Origin: Octopus sinensis
Lineage: Eukaryota
Reading direction: 5' to 3'
DNA: 64,000 nucleotides
Assembly (NCBI RefSeq): GCF_006345805.1
Contig: NC_043008.1
Coordinates: 65,596,001-65,660,000 of the forward strand
Shown: in pieces, positions 1-13,100 of the stretch
Numbering within the stretch: the stretch's first letter is position 1
Layout: each line of letters opens with the position of its first letter
Notes under the pieces: generated by a model
What the model saw: the letters and a program-made list of their open reading frames with translations, nothing else
Told to the model about the DNA's origin: nothing
Databases searched by the model: none
Program-made: the position numbers and the translations under genes

Positions 1-373
1 GATGTATGAGTGTAATAAATCAGTCGTAAATGACATCACTGAATTAATACGCAGTTACATTACGTTCACCATTTTTCCTTGTCTCTCTCATATCGCTTTT
101 CTTCCCCCTCTCTCACTTTCTCTCACTCTCTCTCTCTCTCTCTACTTCTACACACATATATATACACATATACAAACACATAATGAACAGACACACACAG
201 CAAATGTCTCCAGTGCAATTTGTGGCAAGTCAAAAGATCAATGCAATTTAGAACATAGACTAATGTATTTCATTTATAAAGAAGACACTTGGATGCTTAA
301 ACATACCGCAGTGTCTGTCTGCCGTTGTATACACACATACATGAATGTTTGTGTGTGTGTACATCTGTATGTA

Positions 374-384
374 CATTCATGTAT

Positions 385-443
<59 letters not shown>
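374..443. repeat. compound (CA)n(TA)n microsatellite, representative of dozens in the window
   Basis: Direct reading; source of the [11 protein letters not shown] artefacts. Confidence 0.95.
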
Positions 444-447
<4 letters not shown>

Positions 448-732
448 AGTATGCGTTTCATTCAAGATCGGTGTCTCCGTGTGTGTGATTACATGTATGG
501 TGTTAATATGCCTTAATGCGTGTGTCTGCGTTTGAATATTTATAGCTGTAGCTATGCGTATCTCTCTGTGTGCATACGTGTATAATTATGTGAATATGTG
601 AGTCATAGTATTTATGTATGTATTTATTTTGTTAATGAAATTTACGAAAATTTTACTGTTTTTTTCCCTTCTTCCAGTAATACCATTAAAAAATCATATA
701 TATATATATAAATATGCGTGTGTATGTACATA

Positions 733-780
<48 letters not shown>

Positions 781-2249
781 ATGTTATATACGTATGTATG
801 TATGTATGTATGTATGTAGGTATTTTCGTGTATGTGGATATATTTATGTACGTATGTATGTGTGATTGTATAATACTTAGAAAAAACAATTCTTAAAACT
901 GTTTTAGAAGTCGACGATTCGTTCTCTCCTGGCCACAAAAGGAAGTTTAAAGCAAGAAAAATAATAGAAATAAAGTTTATTTTTTTCAAATTTGTTAGTT
1001 GTAGTCTTGTATTTGTTCTTTATTTTATTTTATTTTATTTTCATTTGTGTATCAACTTATTTATTTTCATTTGTTTATCAACTTATTTATTTTCTATTTG
1101 TTTATTTATTTGTCTAGAATTTTCAGTGACGAGATAATTTTCCGTTGTTTGTCGTAAGACGAAAGGGAGTAAAAAATACCCCACCGCATTGCTCATGATC
1201 GTGTTTATTGTTGAATATTTTTTACTATTTATCTAACGTAGACAACGTTCTAGAGTGAGATTCTGTTTTTAATCAAGCATATGTGCAAGCACACACACAA
1301 ACACAACACACACACACACACACACACACATACACAAATATAAACACACATACACACACATATGCATAAGTTTGTAAAACTATAAGTATTGCATTTGTTA
1401 TGGAGACCAGGTCAGTTTTGATGGTGCTGACCTATAGCATGTAATAAGTCAGCTGAACAACAAAGCACGACCCACTTATCTCGTTTTCTAATTAAACCAT
1501 GCCATCACCTAATTAAAGACCGTACAGTACACAATAGATGCACTCATGAATTGTAACTGATACAGTGTTACAGTTGGTATACGACGTACCCTTCCTGCCT
1601 TCATCGTTATTTCCGTAAGGCCTGAATAATCATAATTTCAGCCATAGCTAAAAGAGATCTTCTCGTTCAGAACATGATATATGCTCTTCCCCACTTGCAG
1701 TAGTTACAATCACAATACTGCGTCTTCTGTCTAGTGAAGAAAGATTGCAGTTATTTTTGCATGTATCTATATGTATTCCTTATATTTTCCCTGGTTACGT
1801 GAAAACGATAGCTTAGGGATTGCTATTGCATTAATATACTGAACTGGTGTGTTGCGTGCATAGTTATGAATTCGGAAATACATTTTCCCAAACTGAATTT
1901 CAGGATTGTAGTGGCTTAAGCTACAAACTTTGCCTATCGCTTGTTTAAACTTCATTTGAATTTTGACTTAATTTCTCTATTTTCTCGTGTGGTCGCGGTC
2001 CATGTATAATCAGGGGTGATATATATAGTGCACTGGTCTGTGTACTTCATAGTTTATTATGCCTTTGATGATTGTACATAATTACTGCTGTTTATATTTA
2101 TATCTATAAACGAACCTGTGAAAACAACGAATGCTGCTCTAAGCACGTTTGTGCTTTACTTTGCATGCTTCAGACTATATTATAGGTATGTTGTAAATGC
2201 CTGCGATGTGTTGCGCGTAATTCATAGTATTTTCTCTTCTTTATATATT

Positions 2250-2545
2250 TTTTCACCATGTCGTAGTATGTGATACTCGATCGTATTTTGGAGTTAGGTT
2301 TCTAAATGAATAATTGATTAAATGCCATTGAGGAGAAGTAGGTTGACATGTGATGTCATAAGTGTAAATGTTTGTGAGTATGTTTTGGCGAGGACATGAA
2401 CGGTTGTGTATATATGTTGAAAAGAGTATGTGACACTCCACTAGGAATTGTGCAACATTTAGGTGTTTTGACATGATATACTTCATCGGTCTGGCAACCA
2501 GGTACAGTCTCATAGCCATCCTCTCTTAAAACAATGTTGAGCATT
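2250..2545 (-). pseudogene. highly decayed non-LTR reverse transcriptase fragment (I/Jockey/CR1-like)
   Basis: Minus-strand translation IPSGVSHTLFNIYTQP, followed after a frameshift by a TYDIT-like motif, resembles RT motifs GVPQG..LSP.LFNIY and YADD. Confidence 0.35.
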
Positions 2546-3079
2546 TTGTATTATATATAGAGAGCATAGAATGCAGATAAAAATCTTCATATGAATTGCT
2601 GGGAGAATGTCATTGTCATCAACATGGCTTGCTAGCATGGTACATGTTACCAAGTCGTATTTACTATAGAGTGACAGCTCGCCCACTTTTTGAACAATTG
2701 TTGGTTCAGCTTAAGTTTATTCACTCTCAATATTTTTTCGGAATGCAGTTTCTTTTCTTATTGTTTCTATTGAAATATTTCTTTTGTATCACCGCATGTG
2801 ATATAATAATTTTATAGTTCTTTGTTAGTATACATGAATGGGTCCTGGTGACACATTCTGAGCTTGAGCAGGGCTTTTCGTTTTACAAAACTGAACTGCG
2901 TGCTGGGACAGTTCCTTTTCTCTCCAGCTGTCACCTCGTATATATGCCACCGGGTTAAAGAGGGAGACAGTCTAGACGGGATCTATATCTGATGCTCGCG
3001 ACTACATATACACCTAAAATAAATAACGAAAGCATGAAACATATATATTTCAAAAATTGGCAGCAATCTTGTGTTCAGC

Positions 3080-3214
3080 TAGTGCTTATTTTATCGACCC
3101 AAAAAGTATGAAAGGCAATGGTGACCTCGTCGGATTTGAACTCAGAACATAAAGGTGGACTGAATGCCACTAAGCATTTGCCCGTCATGCTATCCATTCT
3201 ACCAGCTCACCACC
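3080..3214 (-). mobile_element. SINE family B (Deu/Nin-domain-like), truncated
   Basis: Homologous to the cleaner copies at 19028 and 55835: GAGCTGGTAGAA head, GTTCTGAGTTCAAATCC B-box-like motif, GCCTTTCAT..GGGTCGATAAA core. Confidence 0.75.
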
Positions 3215-3439
3215 TCGAGCATGGTAGATATTGCTAAACCTTAATTATGTGTGCTAGATAGCAGGCTCTTTCTTTATAAGGACATGGGTTGTGGCATGGT
3301 CACTTTGCGGGTAATATCGACACACTCTACATAGTGTTTTTTAAATCAATTATCGTTATGGTTGATTAAAATCTGTACCTGTTATATAGTTTTTCAATGG
3401 AATACATACGCACACACGCACTCATACACCCACATCCTA

Positions 3440-3518
<79 letters not shown>

Positions 3519-4373
3519 CATACGTACGTACGTACGTACATACATACATACATACATACATACATACATACATACATACATACATACATGCATACATATA
3601 TACATACATGTGTGTGTGTGTGTGTATAATTTTGGGATATTTTGATTGATATTTCGTTATTTCCTGGTACATCTATTTGATTCTGAAATATATTTCCGCC
3701 TCTTTTACCTGTCTGTGAGGGGTTTTATTTACTTATCTATTTATATATTTATTGCTGGTGTTTATAGACTATATAATTTCTAATGTGTGATTAGAGTTAA
3801 ATAATTTTATGTAGGTTTGTGTGATATATTTGTTTATACCTTATATTTTTTTTAATAAGTTTATAATTAGTTTGTTGAGTGCTGCAGTGTCCATGAGGTT
3901 CATTGTAGAGTTGGTCACTACGGCAAGCCATAATTCTGCTTCTTGGTGAAGAGCTTTCACATGAGATCATTTTAATGGTAGTAAATATTTTCTTTCCTTT
4001 CTGTATTGATGTGTGAATGTATTATTACGACATTTGATAGGATAACCTGAGAAAAGACGAGGAATATTTTGCAGAATCTTTTTTTGGTAGCATTTTGAGA
4101 GGAACAGAATGCGGTGATTGGAAAAGGCTAAAATTGCTTATATAAAGTATATCTGTATTGTGAGTTTATTACAATGTAATACAATGTCACCGCTTCGTAA
4201 TTCTACATAATTTGTACAATTATTGCTTTGTGAAAACAGGATGTGTTTCGTGAATTAGATTCTACTCCAGTTATAGGCTTTAGGGGACTGCGTTTGGATG
4301 TCTGGGTGTATACTACACACACACACACGCACACACACATACACACACACACACACACACACATACATATATA

Positions 4374-4411
<38 letters not shown>

Positions 4412-4423
4412 TATATATATATT

Positions 4424-4651
4424 TACTATATATAATTAAGGGCTCAGTAAAATAATTTACGTTGCCACATACTGACATTTTTAGAAATAGTAGCCAAAAA
4501 AAATTTTCTTTAGCCATATCTACTACTTTCAGGGAGATTCTTCTTAAAGTAGTAGAAATGGCTAAAGAAAATTGTTTGGGGCTGCTATTTCTAAAAATTT
4601 CAGTATGTGGCAAAGTAAATTATTTTACTGAGCCCTTAATTATATATAGTA
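4424..4651. mobile_element. MITE-like near-perfect hairpin (~110 bp arms, few-nt loop)
   Basis: The two strands translate to near-identical peptides (ORFs 4380-4613 and 4462-4671); TTAA-GGGCTCAG...CTGAGCCC-TTAA at 4436-4639. Confidence 0.75.
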
Positions 4652-4872
4652 ATATTTTGAATACGCCTTGAATGGTCCTTTTACATACTGAACACTACTT
4701 GGTGAAATTAATTAATAACTAATTGATTTTACCCTTAATTATTGATAATATATATATATATATATATATTTATTGATAAAACGGTAAGATAACAACAGAA
4801 AGAAAGAGACCTCAATATTATGTAAATAGAGGAAATTTATCTATACAATATGTTACATTACTCGGTAGTCAA

Positions 4873-4933
4873 GATAAAACTCTGAGTTTCAGATGCCGAA
4901 GTGGAAATCCACAACACCATCTCTTCGGTTATC
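4873..4933 (-). ncRNA. candidate variant minimal hammerhead ribozyme in PLE pseudo-LTR
   Basis: GAUAA-CCGAAGA-GAUG..CAUCU-GAAAC-UCAGA-GUU-UUAUC; stem I GAUAA/UUAUC, near-palindromic stem III; second copy at 7693-7754 lacks one U. Confidence 0.55.
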
Positions 4934-5229
4934 TGGCTATTTGAAAACGTTATGAAAAAATACCGTTAAAAATGAAGGGAAATTACTCTGTTATAACTCT
5001 GCTTTGCCTGCGTACTTATACATCGCTCGCATTTTTCGTCATAAAAATTATATAAAAATACATAAAAATATATAAAAATATATAAAAATATATAAAATCT
5101 TCTTGGGACATAACACAGAAAGCATGTTCTATCCGTTTTCTTTAGGGGACCAAAAACGTAACAGAAATTTAGTCACATGTGGGCATGATCCGAAAAGCTC
5201 TGTCCTTGTATTTAGACATGTGGTAGGGT

Positions 5230-5820
5230 CTAAGCTGCTTTTCCAGATAAGCCATCTCTCCATGTCGCATAAACCGCACCTTCCGCTGCCGTTAGTATAG
5301 GGCTTACATCTGGCCAAAATCTTCCATTGTATGTTATAATCGACACCTTATCTCTTAAAGACCAAATATGATTGGATAATTGTGTTGCTTTTCTTTTGTT
5401 CCAGTGCCTAAAGCTCAAAGTGTGGTTATTGAACCTGGCCTTGAAATTACCCTCTGTCAGGCCCACGTATTTCTTCGTCGAAACGGTGTCTTTAGTGGTT
5501 ATAGAGTTTACGGTAGCTTCATATATGATGGTCTTGGACGTGCAAGCTCCATTTAGCGGGCACAATTCTTTATTCCTGCATGAACAGCTGTTTTCTTCTT
5601 GTGTTTTTTGTATGTTATGATTGATTATGTTTTTAAAATTGGTAGTTGAACTAAAACTAATTTTTAAATTGTGTCTATTAAAGAGTTTCCTATAAGCATG
5701 GTTAACTGGAAAATGTCTATCTATCAGTGCTAGGAAATATTTACCTATATTGAAGGCCACCTCGGGTGAGTAAGGGGGCGTAAACCAGATGACCTTCCTA
5801 TTTCTATTATTCCTTTTCCT
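5230..5820 (-). pseudogene. PLE thumb/linker and GIY-YIG endonuclease (frameshifted)
   Basis: IWFTPPY, CSCRNKELCPLNGAC, IIYEA..KKYVGLTEGNFKARFNNH, and in another frame CKPY..RCGLCDMERWLI. Confidence 0.9.
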
Positions 5821-6832
5821 TATGTTGGGCTGGTGATAGGTGTATATTTTATTTTTTCGCTAAAACCACTATCTTTTAAAGCTTTATTATAAACTGGGGC
5901 AACGCTATTGAAGATGTCCTCATTAGATGAGAGGCTAGAAATCCTCTTACTAATATTTTTAACTAAATTTTTGAATACTATAGGGGGATGGCATGAACCT
6001 ACATTAATATAACTTAGTCTATCATTGGGCTTCCTATAAGGCTTATAAATATTATTATTAAGATCTAAGGAAACGTCTAAGAAATTGACAACCGTCAGGT
6101 TAGTGTCTATAGTTATACTAAGTCCGAAGTGTTTCATTAACTGGATAATATCCTTCCTAAAACGATCTTGTGCTGGTCCATTTGTATTAGCTGTTAAGGC
6201 GAGGGCATCATCTTTGTAGATGGCGAAATGTACGTTAGGGAATGTCTTACCGAAGGTATCTAGGAGAAAGAGTCCAATTAGATCACAGATGCCTGCCCCA
6301 TCATATGAACCCATGCTCACATCGAAAGCGCCCTCCGTGTCGGTGTTTTTTACCCACTTTGCATTCTCACTGAAAAGTAATGTCTTTCTAGCATGGAAGA
6401 TTATATCCTTATCATTGGTACTAATTTCTATGAAGTCACTAGCGAAGATTAGGGCTTTATCTAGCAGTTCTTTAGAGATAGAGGCATAAAAATCAACAAT
6501 ATCGAATTGTGTAAACCTCGCTTTTTTCTTATTCTTAATAGCTTTAAACCAGTCTACGACTTCTATACTATTGGACCATTGCACTAGCCTAGTATCGGTC
6601 TTAATTTTCGTATTTATTTTATCTAAAATTTCTTTGCTAATAATCCCTAGTTCTGACTTGGCTGGGTTGATAAGCCTACATTTAGGGTTGGAAAGGAAGT
6701 TTTCTTTGTGGTCTTTAATAGTAATAAAGGCCTCTTTTTGGGGGAGGGTTTCTATTTTTTTTATCTAATTTAAGTTTAGCGGCGATGACGCTAGCTTCTT
6801 TATTAATTTCGTTATATGTCTGTGCCCTAGCC
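5820..6832 (-). pseudogene. PLE reverse transcriptase (frameshift at A-run ~6757-6763)
   Basis: AFITIKDHKENF, CRLINPAKSELG, QWSNS..VVDWF, FDIVDFYASI, MGSYDGAGICDLIG, IYKDD, NFLDVSL, YRKPN..SCHPP. Confidence 0.92.
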
Positions 6833-8161
6833 AAGAAAAAAGCACTTTTTTCGGATAAAACCAAGAACTTATACCTGGTAGATAACAGCAAATACACACA
6901 ACTCTTACACAACAGCATCATTAATAATTATACTAAGGCTAGGGCACAGACATATAACGAAATTAATAAAGAAGCTAGTTCAACTACCAATTTTAAAAAC
7001 ATAATCAATCATACATACAAAAAACACAAGAAGAAAACAGCTGTTCATGCAGGAATAAAGAATTGTGCCCGCTAAATGGAGCTTGCATGTCCAAGACCAT
7101 CATATATGAAGCTACCGTAAACTCTATAACCACTAAAGACACCGTTTCGACGAAGAAATACGTGGGCCTGACAGAGGGTAATTTCAAGGCCAGGTTCAAT
7201 AACCACACTTTGAGCTTTAGGCACTGGAACAAAGAAAAGCAACACAATTATCCAATCATATTTGGTCTTTAAGAGATAAAGGTGTCGATTATAACATACA
7301 ATGGAAGATTTTGGCCAGATGTAAGCCCTATACTAACGGCAGCGGAAGGTGCGGTTTATGCGACATGGAGAGATGGCTTATCTGGAAAAGCAGCTTAGAC
7401 CCTACCACATGTCTAAATACAAGGACAGAGCTTTTCGGATCATGCCCACATGTGACTAAATTTCTGTTACGTTTTTGGTCCCCTAAAGAAAACGGATAGA
7501 ACATGCTTCTGTGTTATGTCCCAAGAAGATTTTATATATTTTTATATATTTTTATATATTTTTATGTATTTTTATATAATTTTTATGACGAAAAATGCGA
7601 GCGATGTATAAGTTACGCAGGCAAAGCAGAGTTATAACAGAGTAATTTCCCTTCATTTTTAACGGTATTTTTTCATAACGTTTCAAATAGCCAGATAACC
7701 GAAGAGATGGTGTTGTGGATTTCCACTTCGGCATCTGAAACTCAGAGTTTATCTTGACTACCGAGTAATGTAACATATTGTATAGATATATATATATTTA
7801 TATATACAACGCACACAAGCGCATACACACACATAGTAGAAACCCCTGTGGAGAAACGAAACCATATTGGTTAAATTTCGAAATCATGTGATAGAGTTCT
7901 ATCAAACTACTTTATTCTCTCAGTTTTATCTCGCTGGAGAAAGATGTGGCTTGCCACTCGCAATCCCTGAATATCTCATGAGATTGGTGATTTTGTGCGG
8001 CAATTCGAATTATATTTCTTAGCACCTATTTCTACCAATTTCAGCTGCTATTTGTCACCCTTATTTATGTATTTTACATTTTTATTCTTAATTACTGTAG
8101 CTACCTATATTATAATGTATCTGTTATGTCATGATATATTAATTTACCATTATAATATCCT

Positions 8162-8199
<38 letters not shown>

Positions 8200-8319
8200 T
8201 ATATACACGTAACTTATTGGAATGGAATTTTTACTCCTGAAATCTTCAGATTCCAATAAGTTGTCTTAATGTCGCAGATATGTGAAACTTGATCCGCAAG
8301 AGATGCATTCACTTTCAAA

Positions 8320-8353
<34 letters not shown>

Positions 8354-8390
8354 GGAGGAGGAGGAGGAGGAGGAGGGTGTAGTGGGGGAG

Positions 8391-8613
8391 AATAATCATT
8401 TCTATTAGAGGATTAAGGCCTGAAATTTGCGGGAAGTTACTTACTGGTCGATTACATCGACCCCAGGTGTTTCACTGGTACTTTACTTATCGACCCCGAA
8501 AGGATGAAAGGCAAAGTTGACCTCGGTGGGATCTGAACTCAGAACGTAGCAGTAGAAGCTGTACCGCGAAGCAGTTTGCCCGACGGGCTAACGATTCTGC
8601 CAACAAACCGCTT
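8391..8613 (-). mobile_element. SINE family B with GGCCTT..AGAAA..ATT tail
   Basis: Homology to other family B copies. Confidence 0.8.
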
Positions 8614-8619
8614 TAATAA

Positions 8620-8652
<33 letters not shown>

Positions 8653-8654
8653 TT

Positions 8655-9600
8655 GAGTACCTCAATGAATATCAGTTGCAGTGGTCAGATTAGTGCGTCC
8701 ATCCTGAAATGAACTAAGGAGGAAATATCAACACTGGATAGAAGGACGAGAAAGTTGATGTCGCTGCATGGGGCGCTACATCCTAAAGCAAACGTAAACA
8801 AACAGTATATGAAAAGAAAGAAAGGTGGCAAAGGGTTAATTAGTATAGACCATTGTATAAGGACTGAAAGGATAACTCTTGTCGAGTATTTGATGAATAG
8901 TGATGAAGACCTGCGACAATATGCTCCGAAAGGTATGCGTGTAAATGCAGATGAAATGATGGGCAAGAAAGAGTTTAACCAAAGAGCTGGGAGAGGAGAA
9001 AAGAAGACATTCTCGAAATGAGAATGCATGGACAGTTTGAAAGGAATATACAGGACGTTAAAGATAAAGCAACATCGTGGGTATGGCTTGAGCTAGGGGC
9101 TTTGAAGCGTACCACCGAAAGCTTGATCATTGCTGCATACGACCAAGCTTCGCTACCAAGTCAGTGAAGTATAAGATCTATAAAACTTCTGACACCCAGA
9201 AATGCAGACTCTGTGGAATGAGTGTAGAAAATGTGTCCCACTTGGTAATTGGATGCGAGATCTTTGCAGAAAAAGAATACAAGCGCCATCACGATTAAGT
9301 GTGTGTGTATCTTCATTGGCTCTTATGCCGCAAATACGAATATGAAGTAGTGAAAACTGGTATGAGCATGTACCAAGTAAAGTTATGCAGGAGGATGGAA
9401 AAGTAACGATACTCTGGGACTATGATTTTCAGATGCATCGTGTAATCGAACACCGTCGGCCGGGTATTGTCATATTGAATAAGAGAGACAAATACTGTCA
9501 GATCATTGATGTAGCCATACCAAATGACATGAATGTTATAAGTAAAGAGGTTGAAATATCACCAAGTATTCCGAATTGAAAGTGGAAATGGCTGAAAAAC
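8655..9600 (+). mobile_element. R4/Dong-clade non-LTR retrotransposon 3' fragment, degenerate
   Basis: ALHPKAN..KRKKGGKGL, CRLCG..HLVIGC, RH.D, ILWDYD..RRPGIV..IIDVAIPND (REL endonuclease); directly follows (TAA)n at 8621-8651. Confidence 0.85.
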
Positions 9601-9639
9601 AGAGGGACCTAATGATACGACTCATAGAAATAATAATGA

Positions 9640-10925
9640 CATGATCAGAGACCGAACCGGTAAATTTGACATACTTCCACAGTGACACTGTGAAAAGAGC
9701 GCCCCAAAAGTATGTTCAGCAACGAAGCAGGCCAAGAAGCGACGGTGGGAAGGCTGTGGTAGATAAAGAAAGAGATGTATGCATTCACCACCTCTGCCCA
9801 GCATTTGAGGAACAACTTCCTTTCTGTCAGTTTCTGGGCGAGACTGGCAATCCTGCTCTTTACCTTGCCCCAGTTCTTGTCCACTTGGCTATCTGGATGA
9901 AAACTGACCCCGAACAATTTAACCGATCCTTCAGTCCAATGACCTGTAATTCTGTTGTATGGCATACTCCTGTCTCTCAAGTTGCCGAGCTGTGGGCTCA
10001 CCTCCCTCTCCTGGTTAATCTTTGTTCCTGACTCCGCTTCACACTCTCTTCAAAACAGTGTCAGTCAGCTCGATTTCTGAGATGCGTGACACTATTACAG
10101 TGATGTCGCCCGCATAAGCCGACACGATCCTTCTGCATCGTAGTTCGTGCGGGATGCCTATCGAAACATACGCTTCGGTAGCAATGTGTCCTGAGCCTGC
10201 ACCTGTAGAGGTGTCGAGAGTGGGCATCATTGAACCGAAAGTTCGATGCTAAACGTTTCCGATAAGTGGCCAGCCATTCACTTTGACCACCGTAGAGATG
10301 TCGCTGTACATTGCAGCGATCCAGCTTCTGGAAAAGGGGACCGAAACCGGCGGACGCGAGGATATTCTTCAAGTATTGGTGGTTGACCCTATCAAAAGCT
10401 TTTGGTTGCTCAAAATTTATCAGAGTCCCACCATGCCAGCTTCCCTGCCAACATTATCTATGATGTAACGTACCAGATGGAGGTTACTGAGAATAGATCT
10501 CTTAAAGATAATGCATGTCTGTGCGTCACTGACCAGTTTATACAGAATAAGGGCCAACTTCATGGCTAACACTTTGGTCAAAATCTTGTAATCTGCCAAA
10601 GGCAGAGTTACAGGCCTAAAATTATTTATTTCATCCCCTCTATTCGAATCCTTTCGTATCTACACCATTACACCACAGCTCACAGCACTGGGAGTTCACC
10701 GCTTCAGTTGCAAGTTGTAGGAGAATCTTGCAAGAGATATTCAAACATGCTTGGCATATGAAGATAAAAATCGAAGGGCAGGCCATCCAGCGCGGCGATC
10801 TCTGTACAACTATTCATCGCATCCAGCATATCTTCAGCTGTTATCGACATTACGCAGAACTTCACATCCCTACCGGAATGCGTGGCATGCTGTCGATGTA
10901 AGATTTGAATTCAGGATATCCTGTT
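9640..10925 (-). mobile_element. Tx1/L1-clade LINE RT fragment, degenerate
   Basis: LDGLPFDFY, NFRPVTL..DYKILTKVLA, KAFDRVNHQYL..GFGP, SAYAGDITV, VKLFGVSF. Confidence 0.85.
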
Positions 10926-11758
10926 GCTTATTTTGATTTTAATCTCCTTATTGTGAAACTGTATGGGTAATACCGTACTAAATTCTGGAGCCGCAACTTA
11001 AGTACCTAATTTATCTGAATCTAAATTTTTGTATACATATATATGTACATATACATATATACATATATGTGTGACCTTGTGAGAGACAGCGAGAGCAGGA
11101 GGGTGTGAGTATACATTTGTTTGTTATAATTAGGTGTTTTATCCTTGTCATGCTAGATATATTTTGATAACGTGAACTTGTACTCTATTGTCGTATCCAA
11201 TTACAACATGAATGCTATTTGGTGTGGCTATATAATAGATATATATATATTTTATGCATGCTATGTTGCATCTCCTTTTCGAAGATCTCTCTAACACGAA
11301 GTATCTTGCGTTACGTGGTCAGAATGTTTATGAACTTCCTTCTTCTTACGTGGTTATCAAAAGTGTTGTTAAATCTTTACGCCCGTCAATATATTTCTAA
11401 GCAGCTAACATTATGTTATAATATTTTAAATTGTGTCATGTTTACAAGTTTTATAATGTTTTTCTTTGAGAAGATTAGAATTTTTTCATGTAAATATACG
11501 TGAACCTATAATGAAGGAAGATATATAATCAGAGTACTGAGTACTTTAGTCATTATTGTCTTTGCCATTGATATGATATACAATTTTACAAGCCTTTATA
11601 TTGCAATAACAACACTTTATTTTTCTGATGTGTTTGTAATTTATTAATGAATATATTTAAACCAAATTTAAGGTATTACGTAGGCTATAAAGAAATTTAA
11701 TTCCAAGTCCCCCAGCATCGAAGTTCGCCTAGAGACTCTTACATTTGCACGTGATGTT

Positions 11759-12065
11759 TATATGTTGTTTGTTCCTTCTCGAGCCACGACTGGCTCATAG
11801 GGCCGGTTTCTCGGTTTCCTTGGCGTATAGGTTCCCCGCCTGAATGGGACGCCGGACCGTCGCAGGTGAGCTGCAAGATGCAGGAAGAAAGAGTGAGAGA
11901 AAATTGTGGCGAAAGAGTCAGCAGAAGTTCGCCATTACCTTCTGCCAGAGCCGCGTGGAGTTTAGGTGTCTCACTCATAAGCACACACATCGCCCTGTCT
12001 GAAATTCGAACCCGCGACCCCTCGACCGCAAGCCCGCTGCTCTAAGCAGTAGGCCATGTGCCTCC
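11759..12065 (-). mobile_element. SINE family C (tRNA-derived head, CORE-like body), tail type 1
   Basis: A-box-like TGGCCTACTGCTTAG and B-box GGTTCGAATT; body shared with copies at 57028 and 61166. Confidence 0.85.
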
Positions 12066-12620
12066 GATGTTTATATGTACTGTCATGTATTTTACATCGC
12101 GGAAGTCTATGTAAATATACACGAGCATGAACTGTACAAAGAGAGAGAGAGAAACTACGAAGCATCTATAATGGAACCTCATATTTGTAAAGTGAAGACG
12201 ATTCACTAATGACAATGTATCCTTAAGTTCAAATCTAAATTTATAAGACTAGATCATTGTTATAACACGGAACGAGATAATATACACACTTTTAACCTTA
12301 ACTTCAATATCGCGAACTGACAAATAAGTTTTCATACTAGTTCAGTGGTTTATGATAAGAGCGTTCAACTATGAAAACAGTTATTCAAACAATACATGGG
12401 AATATTAAATTCTATAGTGACACAGCAAGCATAGAGTGCATTAAAACAAGATGAAAAGCGTGTATAATTCCCTGTCTATCTAGCAATCTAGTTATCTATT
12501 TATCTATCTATCTATCTCTATACCCCCCCACACACAAACACACATACACACACACACACATACACACATATAGAGAGCGATGAGAAAGCGTAAGAAGGTT
12601 GATAAATATACGTTACATGC

Positions 12621-12656
<36 letters not shown>

Positions 12657-13100
12657 ATGTGTGTGTGTGTGTGTGGTGTGTGTGTGTGTGTGTGTATGTG
12701 TGGTGTGTCGGCAGCTAGTTAGTTGAAAGATCACCTTTGCAAGAAAGATCATAGAGTAGCCTCCCTTCTCTAAGTTTCTCGAAGCATCTGTGTCATGAGA
12801 CGTGATTCTTAATTATTCAAGAATCTTAGCGCTTCTCTTGGAAGTTTCTAGAATGTCTAGCGTTCAATTAATATAAAAGCAGCGTGCTAACCCAGCTTAG
12901 AGCCATTCACGTCATTCCTATGTCCGTCTATTTTCTCACCCATGCAGAAGCTACCACGTTGCCTCCTGTATTTCAGCTTGCAGTGGGGAAACCAGACCTA
13001 TGGCCTTGGCGTCTGCATTCATATATATTAAGATGACTGCATTTCTTTAAAGAAAAAGTATTTATAGGTTAAGATTTACTGTTAATTTTTAATATATATA

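Larger units (their letters stand above)
4771..7787 (-). mobile_element. Penelope-like element (RT + C-terminal GIY-YIG, probably Hydra-type clade), 5'-truncated, with inverted copy of its 3' part
   Basis: RT and EN motifs on the minus strand; 4839-5653 is repeated in inverted orientation at 6976-7787; (TA)n flanks. Confidence 0.92.

Noticed and set aside
2-989. ORFs rich in YI/HT/CV/LSIY repeats here and throughout the track
   Set aside because: Translations of (TA)n, (CA)n, (TATG)n and (GATA)n microsatellites; no coding signal
11759-12065. tRNA-like A/B boxes in SINE heads considered as tRNA genes
   Set aside because: No complete cloverleaf; the heads continue into SINE bodies
12872-12915. 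TATAAAAG followed ~33-42 bp later by CATTC/TCATTC initiator-like motifs
   Set aside because: Expected by chance in AT-rich DNA; the downstream short ORF is unrecognisable
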